Assembly: GCF_030144855.1 (NCBI RefSeq)
Contig: NC_082723.1
Span: 16,244,001 to 16,308,000, forward strand
Source of the DNA: Hypanus sabinus
Lineage: Eukaryota
DNA: 64,000 bases
Direction of reading: 5' to 3'
Positions 26,991 to 39,610 of the stretch are shown one piece after another; the first letter of the stretch is position 1; the number at the start of each line of letters is the position of its first letter. A program made the translations under genes and the position numbers. The notes beneath the pieces were generated by a model. The model did not search any database, was not told where the DNA came from, and saw only the letters and a program-made list of their open reading frames with translations.

Positions 26991-29444
26991 CAGTCAGCTC
27001 AAGGCCCACACAACTGGAGAAGCAAGTCTTGCTCCATTTCACAGCCAATTACTGGCAAGCCACCTGGAAGTGGAAAGACAGGAAGTGAGGGACTACACAA
27101 GGGAAACAGTGGCTGATAGTTTGACTGCATGTCGGTCTATGGATTGGAAGGGGAATTTGAAGTCAGGCTTCATTCTGACATCCCCAAAATGCTTTGTGAG
27201 AGTTAAACATGGCTTTACATGGGTTACTGATTGGCGCACTTGCCCAAATAACATTACTGCAGGTCCGTCCAATCAGTAAACGGCTTGGAGCAGACCATGT
27301 CGTTGCCTGCGACAGGAAAGCATCGAAGGTATCGGAGTTGGTGCACAAAGTTGGCGTGCAGAGTCACCGTGGGTGATCGCCTTGGACGCTTCTCCTGTGA
27401 TCACATCCCCATTGGACGCTGATAATGTAAGATGACGTAGGCCTGTTTCCCTTGCCTGGTGACACGACAGGCGGCGAGAGAGCTGCGTGGCCTCGGTGGT
27501 AACAAGGATTAGGTCTCAGGCCCTATGCTTGCCTGCTGCTGCAGTTCAGGAGAGGAGATGCTGGAGGCGGTGTAGCATGGTGTCCGTGCTTGTTTGGGGG
27601 GGGGGCTGGCCTCCCCCCCCCCAAGCGTGCGATCGATGGAATGACAAACTGGATTGCATGCGTGTTTTCGTTTGCAGACTGCTGGGAACTGCACTGTCAG
27701 TTTGTGAACATGTCACTCAGGGACTTGGGCTGTGTACGTATTTGCGTGACTGCGCGAGCGCTCACCGTCCTGAATGTGCTGTGTATGTTTTGCACCTTGG
27801 CCTCAGAGGAACGCCGTTTCGCTCGGCTGCATTCATGATCATTGAACTTGAATTTGATTTTGATCTTGATCAACATTAGGTACTTCTGCTACTGGTGAGG
27901 AAGCCCCTCAATTATAGTACCAGCATTACCACCGCAGAATGCCACCTGATTACCCACAGTGTGGGAATATAACTGAACAATACAGAATGTAAAGAATGAA
28001 AAGGCATTGTACAAATTATCCTTCTTCATATTTTTCATTATGAATAAGATAGATTTTGTTTAGAAAATATACCTAGGCTGATGTAACTGGAAGCTATTGC
28101 CACTGCATGAGTCACACACTTTTTCCCTTTCCCAGTACATTGGGCGGACAGGAATTTCAAAGCAATCTAGTGCTTAAGAGTTTTCATAAAATTAGCTGAT
28201 TTTTTTTCACCCTTGGCTTTGCAAATACCTTGACAAATCCCCTTTATTCTCCTCTCTCCTTCACTTAAATATACAAACATCGCAAGATGCGATTTCAGCA
28301 GGAACCAAAGTTATCACTCTGTCGGGTGATATCCCTTATACTCGCACAGAAAGAACCAATTTACCTATTACTGGCTGGCTCAGCGAGACATGGCATAATC
28401 TTTACGGATTTGAAAGCTGACAGCTTTATGTTTGAAATGAAGTTGCTGTTGTCCAAAAAAAAGCAAGCCAGAAAATACGGGGAAACAACTGTGATTATCA
28501 CCATGGTGATGGCTGTAATTGGGCTATTTTGTTAAAAAAATGAAAAAAAGAGAGAAAGAAACTATCAGCAGGCCCTCACATAAAGAAACCTGAAACCTAA
28601 GAGGGCAAATTGAGGCCTATGCTGACACTTCAGGCCCAGCAGGACATGAAATCATTTTCCCCCCAATGGCCTTCCTGGTTTTGACAAGCTCAATTCAATT
28701 TCTGAATTGTCAAAACTGATTAAGGTCTTTCAATTTCTCCAGCCCTTACCTCACCGAGACAGATTTCCCCCTTTCTGTTATACATGACAAATTTGTTTAA
28801 GGGCCTTTGGTTTCATGTCCTCTCCCTGAACAAGGAGCAGGTTATCGCCTGGGCTGTCAGGACAATATGTGTGGAGTCCGTGAGGTTTGCACTTTCGCTG
28901 GCTTCTATATCACACTAGTTTGAATATCACTGTTCCAGTGAAACTTTCAGTGTTAGACAGACAACGTTACCACCAGGATGGAGGTACAGAAGCATGAAGG
29001 CACGCACTTAGCGATTCAGAAACAGCTTCATCCCCTCTCCCACGAGCACTACCCCACTACTTTATTCCTCTTTTTGCACTACTTAATTAATTTAACTATA
29101 TATTTACCGTAATTCACATTTTCTTTCTATTACTACGTGTTGCATTGTACCGATGCTGCTAAGTTAACACATTTGATGACATTTGCCGGTGATATCAAAC
29201 CTGATCCTGATTCTTCTAACCAACAAAAACGGACTGTTTGTCCCACTCCTGTCAGGGAAGAGACATCCGCACCAGTATCAGCAGACTCGAAAACAGTGAC
29301 TTCCCCAAGCCACCTCCACCCACGACCACTGCTTTATCGCAGTACAGACACTCGGGTACCCAGCATACTTTTATCTGCATACAATCAGTCCCTGTATATA
29401 AGCTAATGTTTCTGTTATATTTATTTATGCTGCATCATAAATAA

Positions 29445-29820
29445 CAGTTGCAGCAGTGTGTACTGTCTACAAGACGCACTGCAACAAAACACCGAAGATC
29501 CTAAGGCAGCACCTTCCAGACCCACGACCACTACCATCGAGAAGGACGAGAACGGCAGGTACCTGGGAACACCACCGCTTGGAAATCCCCCTCCAAGCAC
29601 TCACTGCCCTGACTTGGAAACATATCACCGTTCCTTCATTGTTGCTGGGTCAAAATCATGAAATTCCCTCCCTGACGGCACTGTGGGTGTACCTGCACCT
29701 CAGGGACTGCAGTGGTTCAAGCAGGCAGCTCATCACCACCTTCTCAAGGGCAACTAGGGATGGGCAATAAATGCTGGCTTAGCTGGCGGCACCCACATCC
29801 CGTAAATGAATAAATTTAAA
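29445..29820 (+). mobile_element. 3' end of an older CR1-like LINE family
   Basis: ORF 29456-29770 is a remnant (CTVYKTHC..PKILRQHLP). The tail AAGGCAGCTCACCACCACCTTCTCAAGGG..AATAAATGCTGGC recurs at about 40010-40090. Confidence 0.65.
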
Positions 29821-30074
29821 AAATTTCAGATCTGGAGTAACAATCAGTTCATTCTCCTTTACTCTTGCGTACTGACGAATGACAATGAGTTGGAGCAGCC
29901 TGTCCACCAGTGCTTTATATCGTGAGATTGTCAATCTGCTCATTAAGGAGAGTTTAAAGGTAACGCACAGAGTGCACAGGGGATCTCTCCCTGTGCTTAT
30001 GTCACCTCATTTATTGAGGGGGTGGCGTAAATAGCAGCAGGTCAGGTTAAAAACCAGGTTTCAGCTGTAAAATC

Positions 30075-30462
30075 ATGTCACGGTCATCATTGTCGTTACG
30101 TGTCGTGGCACATGACGTAGGCAATCGTGGTTGCATGACCATGATTGTTCTTGGCAAATTTTTCTACAGAAGTGGTTTGCTATTGCCAACTTCTGGGCAG
30201 TGTCTTTAGGAGACGGGTGACCCCAACCATTATCAATACTCTTCAGAGATTGTCTGCCTCTGTCAGTGGTCGCACAACCAGGACCTGTGACCTGCACCGG
30301 CTGCTCATACGACCACCCACCACCTGCTCCCGGGGCTTCACGTGTCCCTGATCATGGGGCTGAGCAGGTGCTACACCTTGACCAAGGGTGACCTGCGGGC
30401 TAGTGGAGGGAGGGAGCGTCTTACACTTCCTTTGGTAGAGACGTATCTCCACCCCGCCACCC
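30075..30462 (-). mobile_element. Non-autonomous element with an RTE-like 3' tail, copy 1
   Basis: It is collinear with 52632-52995. The minus strand has GGCAATAGCAAACCACTTCTGTAGAAAAATTTGCCAAG, resembling RTE/BovB-type 3' ends. Confidence 0.6.
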
Positions 30463-32429
30463 AAAACATCTGGGCAAATGTCTGATTAACTAGAAAATTG
30501 ACTGGATTGTGATGCACACAGGAGATGGTGCAGATGCTAGAAATCCAGAGCAACTACACAAAACGGGGGAGGAACTCAGCAGATCAGGCTCCTTAAAGTC
30601 ATGGAACACAACGGTACAGAAATGGGCTCTTTGGCCCTTCTAGTCCCTGCTGAGCCATTAATCTGCCTAGTCCCATCGACCTGACAGAGTCGTGAAGTTC
30701 CTAGTTGAAGAGAGTTGCACACTGCTTCAGCTGCTTGGCTGAGGCACCAGAGGGTCTTCGTAAGGAAACACACCCAGGGAAGGGCATTCTCCTGGGAGGT
30801 AAAAAGGGGAGAAGATTTAGAGCTGTCCGGACTCCTCAATCACCAAACTTGCCCGAGCACGAGGGAATGAAACTATCTTGTCGCTCTGTCCTACAACACA
30901 GTCGTTCACCAGTGCTCAGTCTCGTTGGTTCCTGGGATGGAAAGTGAAATCTAGTAGAGTGGGTCCACACCGTCAGGACTTTGGTGGAATAACAGATGAT
31001 CATACATTGCTTATGATGGCCATGCCCAGGCTGGGGTATCTAGAACAGGGGGCATAATGAGGAACTCTGATTTCTGTGTCAATCCAACTGGGACATGGAG
31101 CATTGAACTTTACAGCACAATGCAGACCCCTTGGCCCACAATGTTGCGACGACCTTTTGGCCTACTCCAAGCTCAATCTAGCGCTGTTCTCCCACATAGT
31201 CCTCCATTTTCCTTTCATCCGTGTGCCTAGCACTCACTCCACAGGTCAGAGATCCTTCCTGCCCTCCTGGCCCCAATCAGGTGTGGAGACAATCTCAGCC
31301 CAGACTGCTGATAGAACACTTCCCTTCACAGATGCTTCCTGAACTGTCAAGTTCCTCCAGCATTGCACGTGGTGCTCCAGGTTCCAGTACCTGCAATCTC
31401 TTCGGCCTCCATAATGGGTAAAGTGCTTTCCAAGCTGGGTACCCCTTTGGACTTCACTCCTTCCCATAACACTCCACTCTAGACTTCCGGGTCGTGCTTT
31501 GGAAGAATGCCGAGAAGGCAGGAAGGAGTTAAAGTCTGCGAAAGGAAGGGTTTGGTATATTGCTTCGGGGCATCCCTCCACGGGAGAATGCATTACACAG
31601 ACACCTGGACGTTACAGCCACTAAACAGCACACAGCTGGTCAGATCGCCTATAGGGTTACCTTTCTGTCAGCCCTTCGGCATACCTTATTCACATGTGCA
31701 AGGCTAAGTGCTTAGAACCATCCCCCCTCAAGAAAAACACTTGAGACCACAGTTAGTACTAGCCACTTTGATCAGAGTTAAGGAGTTAATTCTCCTCTTA
31801 TCTGCTGGCAATGTAACAGAGACCTACTGGGATCCAGAAATCTGATGCAATCTCCTTTAGGGGGAAAAAAATGTTAATTAAAATACTCCTCATCTCGGAT
31901 TAAAGATCCAACTCATTGAGGTGATCCAGTTTTAGATTAGCAATGCAGATGGCAAACTGCTTTGCCCCCTGGATTATGCGGGACAACTGAAGGATGGCGC
32001 CATTAGCCTCAGGACCCCGGCGAAGCGGGCAGTCAACTCCTGGAGGCGCCTGCCTGATGCGCAGAGACCCCTGCTGGAAAGATCGCATTGGTGCACGCCG
32101 CTCCAGGCTCAATCGCCATCATCAAAGCCCAGCCCTGCCAACGCACTCCGCGCCGAAACCCACACGGACAGAGATGTCGGAGCGAAGACTTTTATCCCAC
32201 AGAGGACGTCGGAGGTCAATTTCTTACACAGAGAATGTTGGGTACGTGGAAGGCGCTGCCTGAGGTAGGTAAGCACGTGAGGGACTTTTGAGTGACTCTT
32301 TGATAGGCACTTGAATGAAAGTAAAATGGAGGGAAGGGAGTGGGTTAAAAGATCAGAACAACATCCTGGGCTGAAGGGCCTCTCCTGTTCTGTGCAGGAC
32401 ATCTCTTTGACATGATGTACTATGCTCAT

Positions 32430-32900
32430 ACGCACAGTGGCCACTTTATTAGGTACACCTGTTAATGCAAGTTTCTATCAGCCAATCATGCGGCAGAAAC
32501 TCAATGCTTAAAAACATGCAGACATGGCCGAGAGGTTCAGCTGTTGAATAAACGTCAGAGTGGGGAAGAAATGTGATCCTTGTTGGTGCCAGATGGGGTG
32601 GTTTGAGTATCTCAAAAAACTGCTGATCTACTGGGATTTTCATGCCCAACAGTCTCTAGAGCAGGAGCTCACGACATTTTTAATGCTCTCGACCAAATAC
32701 TGTGAAGTAAGAGGTCTGTGAATCCCAGGTCTAGAGTTTACGGAGAATGGTGCGATAAACAAAAAGCACCCAGTGAGCGGCAGTTCTGTGGGTGAAAGCA
32801 CCTTCTTAATGAGAAGGGTCAGAGGGGAATGGCCGGACTGATTCAAGCCAACAGGAAGACGACAGAAACTCAAATAACAACATCTTACAACTGTGGTGTG
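32430..32900 (+). mobile_element. Internally deleted Tc1-like element containing a hAT MITE at 32662-32728
   Basis: It starts CAGTGGCCACTTTATTAGGTACACC and contains the HTH remnant EKGQRGMAGLIQANRKTTETQITT. The MITE is flanked by CTCTAGAG/GTCTAGAG, an NTCTAGAN 8-bp hAT-Charlie-type TSD. Confidence 0.75.
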
Positions 32901-33359
32901 CCTTGTTCGGTGGTCGCTGGCACTGTGAAGTGACACACCAAACCTCTACACCAGGCACGGAGTGGGGTGCTTATCTGCCGAGCTCTCCTTGGGCAAGTTT
33001 CAGCATTGTGATCATTCTGCTGCTGAGCTGGGGGTTAACATTGATATCAACAACAATGTGCATTAATATAGCTCCCTGAGCACTGAAAACACTTCACGGC
33101 ATCTCACTGGATTGTAACCGGCCATAAAAGGCTGAGAAGGTGACATGAGGACTGGTGATTAATTGCAGTTAGAGAGATAATTCTTAAGTCACATCGGAAT
33201 GAATGAGTTGTCAATTTATTTTCCACTCTCCAGCCGCTTAAATAGACTGGCAGCAGACAGCAAATTAAAACGCAGTGAAGGGATGGATGGAGTCAGTAAC
33301 AATCCTATCCTGGCTGTCCCATTTCTCCTTAACTTCCCTCCTCCATTATTCTCCTATAA

Positions 33360-33690
33360 GGGCATAAGACAAAGGAGCAGAAGTCGGCCATTCGGCCTAA
33401 CAAGTCTGCTCCGCCATTTCATCATGAGCTGATCCAATCTCCCCTTTAGTCCCATTCCCCCGCCTTCTCACCATAATCTTTGATGCCCTAGCTACTCAGA
33501 TACCCTGCCTTAAATACACCCAATGACTTGACCTCCACTGCCACCTGTGGCAACAAATTCCAAGATTCACCACCCTCTGGCTAAAAAAATTTCTTCGCAT
33601 CTCTGTTCTGAATGGGCGCTCTTCAATCCTTAAGTCATGTCCTCTCGTACTATACTCCCCCACCATGGGAAACAACTTTGCCACATCCAT
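33360..33690 (-). mobile_element. CR1 3' fragment
   Basis: ORF 33496-33696 reads STRGHDLRIEERPFRTEMRRNFFSQRVVNL. Confidence 0.85.
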
Positions 33691-34374
33691 GCTCATATAT
33701 ATATAAGATGCTTGGAAACAAGATTTTGTGTACCTGTTCTAATATTTTCTTCGATGGCTCAGAATCACATGTACTTAGGCAAATAACCTGTCAAAGATCT
33801 TGTTGTGTTCCACTAAGTTAAAAATGGCAATATAAGTGCAATTGGCGTGTACAACTTGAACAACTTGTTTTTCACTCTCTAATTCTGTCCTCCCTACCTG
33901 TCCACTCTATAAATATTTTGACTCTGGGAAGAGCATTAAGCACTGCCCTGTCTCCCTCCACAATATCATCTTTTGCAATATTCTTATATCCTTTTCCTCT
34001 TCAAGGTGCCTGGCTTTGTCACTACTGTCTTTAACTAGATTAAACTTATTGCGAAGGGACACTGGGTAGCACCCAAGTATAGAAGTCGGGATGTTATGTT
34101 GCAGCCCCTAAATGTTTTCAGTTATTACCCCAGTCACTGAACTGCCCTGGAAACACTTTAAACCACTTTTTGTAATGTTGCTTTCATTGTAAATACTTGC
34201 TGCTTTATATACACATTTTATTCCATATCCATGTTTCAACCTCAAACTTTATTTTTCGTGTAATTCTTTATAATTGTTAAATTGTTGAACACACCACAGC
34301 AGATTCCTAATACATCAAAACGTATATGGCAAATAAAGTTGTTCCGTGGTTGTTATGTTCAGTTATTAAAGTAA

Positions 34375-34545
34375 TATAAACGAGAAAGTCTTCAGAAGCT
34401 GGAAATCCAAATCAACGCACAGATCAAATGCAGGAGGAACTCAGCAGGTCAGGCAGCATCTCTGGTAATGAATGAACAGTCGATGTTTCAGGCTGAGACC
34501 CTTCATCAGGACAGGGAAGGAAGGGGGAAGACGTCGGATATTAAA
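34375..34545 (-). mobile_element. Penelope-derived short element with an intact hammerhead core
   Basis: The minus strand of 34477-34513 reads TGTC-CTGATGA-AGGGTCTCAGCCT-GAAA-CATC-GACTG. Confidence 0.8.
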
Positions 34546-34549
34546 GTGA

Positions 34550-35280
34550 TATGTTCAGTTTTGGTCACCCTGCAATAGGAAAGATGCCATTAGGTTGGAA
34601 AGAGTGCAGAAAGTATTTGCAATAATGTTGCCGGGGCTCAAGGGGAAGATTGGGCAGGCTTGGACTTTAGGAGACTGAGGGCTGAGCTCGAGGGCTTGGG
34701 TTTAAGGTGAGAGGGGAAAGAATTGGAAGGGACTTGAAGGGCAACTTTTCCACACTGATGGTGATCCTTCTGTGAAACGAGCTGCCAGAGGAAGCGGCTG
34801 AGGCAGGTACAACAATAACAGTCCAACATTTGGACAGGTACATGGATAGGAAAGGTTTAGGGGACATTATGGGTCAAATGCAGGTAACTGGGCTTAAGAG
34901 GGCATCTTGTGCAATGTGGAGAAGATGCTTCCTATGGTGGGGGTGTCTAAGACCAGAGGACACAGCCTCAAAATAGAGGGATGTCCTTTTAGAACAGAGT
35001 TGAGAAGGAATTTCTTTAGCCAGAGAGTGATGTATCTGTGGAATTCATTGCCGCAGGTGGATGTGGAGGCCAAGACATTGGGTACAAATAAGGCAGAGGT
35101 TGATAGTCAGGGCATGAAGGGATACGGGGAGAAGGCAGGAGATTGGGGCTGAGAGGGAAATGGATCAGCCATGATGAACTGGCAGAGTAGACTTGATGGG
35201 CCAAATGGCCTAACTCTGCTCCTGTAGCTTATGGTCTTGATCAGCACAAACAAATTGTGCGGAAGGTCCTACGGATATCT
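34550..35280 (+). mobile_element. CR1 3' fragment with a second CR1 3' fragment (about 34910-35238) inserted in its tail
   Basis: Two successive CR1 C-terminal segments; ORF 34907-35152 reads KTRGHSLKIEGCPFRTELRRNFFSQRV. Confidence 0.75.
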
Positions 35281-37504
35281 GTGCCGTACTTACTAGTCCT
35301 ACAGGGTGGTGATGGATGAGCTCGATGTTGGGAGATCAGGAGAAACATGTGGTTACTTGCCTCTTGATTCATTCCTCCAGCACATCAGGTCCTTTGCTCA
35401 GGGTACAAGAGAACGGCTGTCACATTCCCCTAGATGCCAAAGATACCAACTTAGCAAAGTAAACATGGGAAGGGAGATATTAAGGATAAAGATCACTAGT
35501 GGAACTGGGTAACAGCCGGATCAGTTATTTCAGTTCCACAGAGCCAGGTCCTTCAGCCCAAGCAGTCCTTGCTAATCCAGCTGCTCATCCTTCCTGTCCA
35601 TAGACACTGCCTGACCTGCTGAATTCCGCCAGCATTTTGTGTATGTTACCTTGGATTTCCAGCATCTGCAGAATCTCCTGTGAGCACATCTAAATTAATC
35701 CCATCGTGCATATCTCTTGCACTTTTCCTATCCACATAGTGTACCTGTCCAGGCGTCTTTTAAGCATTGTTAACGTACGCATCTCAAGCACCTCCTGTGG
35801 CAGCTCGTTCCACATACGGACTGACTTCTGGGTGAAAATATTGCCCCTTAGGTTCCTATTAGTTCTCCTCTCTCTCACCCTCTTGCATTTATTGCACATC
35901 TGTTTTTGCCCCCTTCCCTGAGTGTTTTATCAGGCTATTTTGAAGGGCAGATGGATGGACAAGACTGGGTGAGGATGACAGCTTTTTTTCCAAAAGGTTA
36001 TTTGTAAGCCAGATATGATTTTTAAAATGACAATCTGATAGCTTCATGACTCACTACGGTGTTTGGCATTTTATTTCCGATTTATTGAAATCTGAATTCT
36101 CTGGGATTCAAACTATTCATCAGGGACCTGGCCCCTTCAAGGCTTCTCAACACTATCCAATAATTTACCATGATGGTAAGAGTTAGTATGGGAGAGTCTT
36201 GACTTGGCAGGACCAAGAATAACGACGTTGAAAGAGCAGTTATAGATATGGTTTATAAAGCTGGAAGAAGGTGGAACGCGCACTGGTCTGGATGGACCAT
36301 TGCACAGGATTGGAAAAAAACACAGAGTTGTCAGCTCCACCATGAGCAACAGAATGCCCACCATCGAGGACACTTTCAAAAGTGGTGCCCTGAAAAGGCA
36401 GCATCCATCATTAAGGTCCCCCTTTGCCCAGGACATACTCTTCACCCAGGGTATGGGGAGAAGGCTGGGGAGTGGAGATGACTGGAAGAATCAGATCAGC
36501 CCATGATTGAATGGTAGAGCAGACTCGATGGGCCAAATGGCCTACTTTTGCTCCTATATCTTATGGTCTTATGAGATGCCCTGTTCTCATTACTACCATC
36601 AGGGAGGAGGTACAGGAGCCTGAAGACACACACTCGAGATATAAGAACAGCTTCTTCCCCTCTGCCATCAGATCTCTGAATGGACAAGTGACACATGGAC
36701 ATTATTTTTGTGCTACTTCTATTAATTTTGTAATATACTGTTTATTTTGTAATGCAATTCATAGCTTCTTTTACATATTGCACTGTACTGCTGCCACAAA
36801 ACAACAAATTTCACAACGTGTCAATGATAATAGACCTGATTCTGTCTCTGATGAAGCTTCGTATTCTTAAAAATGTTACTTTTTCTTACAAAGGTACTTG
36901 GGCATTGGGATAGAAATGTATTTCTTGTTATTAGTGTAATGTGGCCTTGGGTTTTAGCTCTTTATTCCCTTACTGACATTCATTTCCACTTACAGCACTT
37001 CCAAGTGCCATTGTCTCCATTCCTCCATTCATAAAAACACAACAGGAGGCTGAAGTCAGGCAGGTGGATGAAATGGAGCACGGCCGCAGTGACAAAACCT
37101 CAGAGGCATTCATTCCTCTGGGAACCCGCGATGGCAGAGTGGGATAAAATAATGGGAAATCTTCAGGACTCGGTGACCTGTGCCAGCGGACAAAGGGCAG
37201 AATCAGAGGAAGGAAAGGCTTGCGGGGTAGGATTTCAGTCAGTGCGGGGCGGCCGGCTGTAAACTATCCTCCCACAGCTCAATGAGCATGGCTCTGTGAC
37301 TAAATACCTTCCAATTACAAGTCAATCAGTGTACTTCCTGCGGCCAGAGATGTGAGGGCAAAATGAGTGGTTGAACAACAGCAGTCGTAAGATGAACGTA
37401 CTTCTGAAAGGTGTTTTGATCCACTTAAAAGAAGACAGTGCACTTAAAAGAAGTCATAACTTTTATTTCAAATGATTGTTTTGTTACTACTCCACCCCAA
37501 TATC

Positions 37505-39610
37505 ACTGGCGTCCTGACACTAATAAGCAAATGCTTTGAGAGGCTGGAAAAGAACTACATCTGCAGCATGCCGCCACCCAGACTGGACCCCCTACAATTC
37601 GCCTACCAACACAACCGATCGACAGGCGACGCAATAGCCACTGCTCTACATTCTGTCCTTACACATCTGGAAAAGAAGGATGCTTATGTGAGAATGCTAT
37701 TCCCTCCAGGCTCGACAAGAAGCTCAGAGATCTCGGCCTTCACCCTGCCTTGTGCAGCTGGATCCTGGACTTCCTGTCAGATCAAGTGGTAAGAGTGGGC
37801 TTCCTCATCTCTGCCCCTCTGACCCTCAACACAGGTGCCCCTCAGAGCCATGTCCTAAGCCCCCTCCTGTACTCTCTCTATCCCCATGACTGTGTTGCCA
37901 CCCACAGCTCCAATCTGCTAATTAAATTTGCAGACGACACTACACTGACTGGCCTTATCTTGAATAATAGCGAGGCAGCTTACAGAAAAGAGGGCAGAGA
38001 ACTCTGACTCAGTAGTGTCAAGAAAACAACCTCTCCCTCAATGTCGCAAAATCAAAGGAGCTGGTTATGGATGACAGGAGGAATGGAGACGGGCTAAACC
38101 CTATTGATGTCAATGGATCTGGGGTTGAGAGGGTGAGCAGCTTTAAATTCCTCAGCATAAACATCACCGAACATCTCACTTAGTCTGTACACACTGGCTG
38201 TGAGGTGAAAAAGGCACAACAGTGCTTCTTTCACCTTAGACGGTTGAAGAAGTTTGGTATGGGTCCCCAAATCATAAGAACTTTCTATAGGGGCATGATT
38301 GAGAGCTGACTGGCTGCATCAGTGCCTGGTATGCGAACTGTACATCTCTCAATCACAGGATTCTGCAGAGAGTGGTGTGGACAGCCCAGCACATCCGTAG
38401 ATGTTAACCTCCCACTATTCAGGACATTTACAGTGACAGGTGTGTGAAAAGGGGCCTGAAGGATCATTGGAGACCCAGGTCACCCCAACCACAAACTGTT
38501 CCAGCTGCTACCATCCTGGAAATGGTACTGCAGCATAAAAGCCAGGACCAACAGTGTCATGGTCCGGTCTGTGAAGTCTGCATTCCAGTTCACAGTCTGG
38601 TCGAATTGTTCCTTTTTCCAGGTTTTCCGGTTTCTCCTTGTTCTGTTGGGTGCTCTAATTGAGGCACCTGATTCTCATTTTGGGCTGGCGACATAAATAG
38701 CTCCTGGGTTCAGCGCTGAACTGTTCCCTTCACCCTCCTCCTGAAGTCTTGCTTGTATTGCTGGGGCAAGACTGGAGCTTTGCTGTGTCTACATAAGGAA
38801 CTGTCCATGCCTTTGCTAGGTAGGTCTGGCTGTTTGCTTCTACCTTGTGTTAGGAACTGTCTCTCTATGTTCTGTGTACAAGTCCAGGCCCTACGTCTTG
38901 CTCCCTAGGAGGGGTCCTGTCTCTGTGTAGAGCCCTGGCCCTGAGTCCTGTTCTCAAGGAGGGTCCCTGTCTTCCTGTTCTCACAAAACCAAGGCTCCAT
39001 GTTCAGGTGCCCCAAGACTGAGTCAAAGCTTTGTGTTCTTGTCCTGTCCATCTGCCTCGTCCTATGCAGGAGTTCCATGCCTAGTCCTGCCGCCAAGCCT
39101 CGGAGAACCCTAGTCCTGCCGCCAAGCCTTGAAGAATCCAAGCTTCGTCCAATCCTGTAGCCACGTCATGCCTTCGCCTAGTTCTGGAGTCCGAGCCCGA
39201 GTCAAGACCCAGGTTCTGCGTCCTTGCCCAGTCTCTGACTCGGAGTCCAAGCCCAGGCTCCTAGTTCCCAGTTCCTCGGCCTGGTCCTGCTTTCCTAGCC
39301 CAAGTCTGTGTTCCTCTCCCAGCTCCTAGTCTGTGTCCTGTCCTGTCTCTAACCCTAGTCCAGTCCAGTTCCTAGTACTTCAGTGTCTGTGTCTTGCATT
39401 TGAGTCTGTTCCCAGCATCCCCCTTATGACACAACAGGCTCTAGGACAGTTTCTTCCACCAGGCCATCAGACTGATTAATTCATGCTGACACAACTGTAT
39501 TTCTATGTCATACTGACTGCTGTACATACTACTTATAATAAATTACTATAAGTTGCACAATGCACATTTAGATGGAGATGTAAGGATGTAAGTAATAAAG
39601 TCAATTCAAT
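37505..39610 (+). mobile_element. Rex1/Babar LINE, 5'-truncated, split by a solo LTR
   Basis: Remnants include [35 protein letters not shown] and KFADDTT. The reading SIKARTN|RL*DSFFHQAIRL rejoins across the LTR. The tail is AATAAAG(TCAAT)n. Confidence 0.9.
38555..39431 (+). mobile_element. 877-bp solo LTR, family A copy 2, with a 6-bp TSD
   Basis: CAACAG|TGTCAT...ATGACA|CAACAG: perfect 6-bp terminal inverted repeats and a 6-bp duplication (38549-38554 and 39432-39437). A CATAAATA TATA-like box lies near 38692. Confidence 0.9.
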
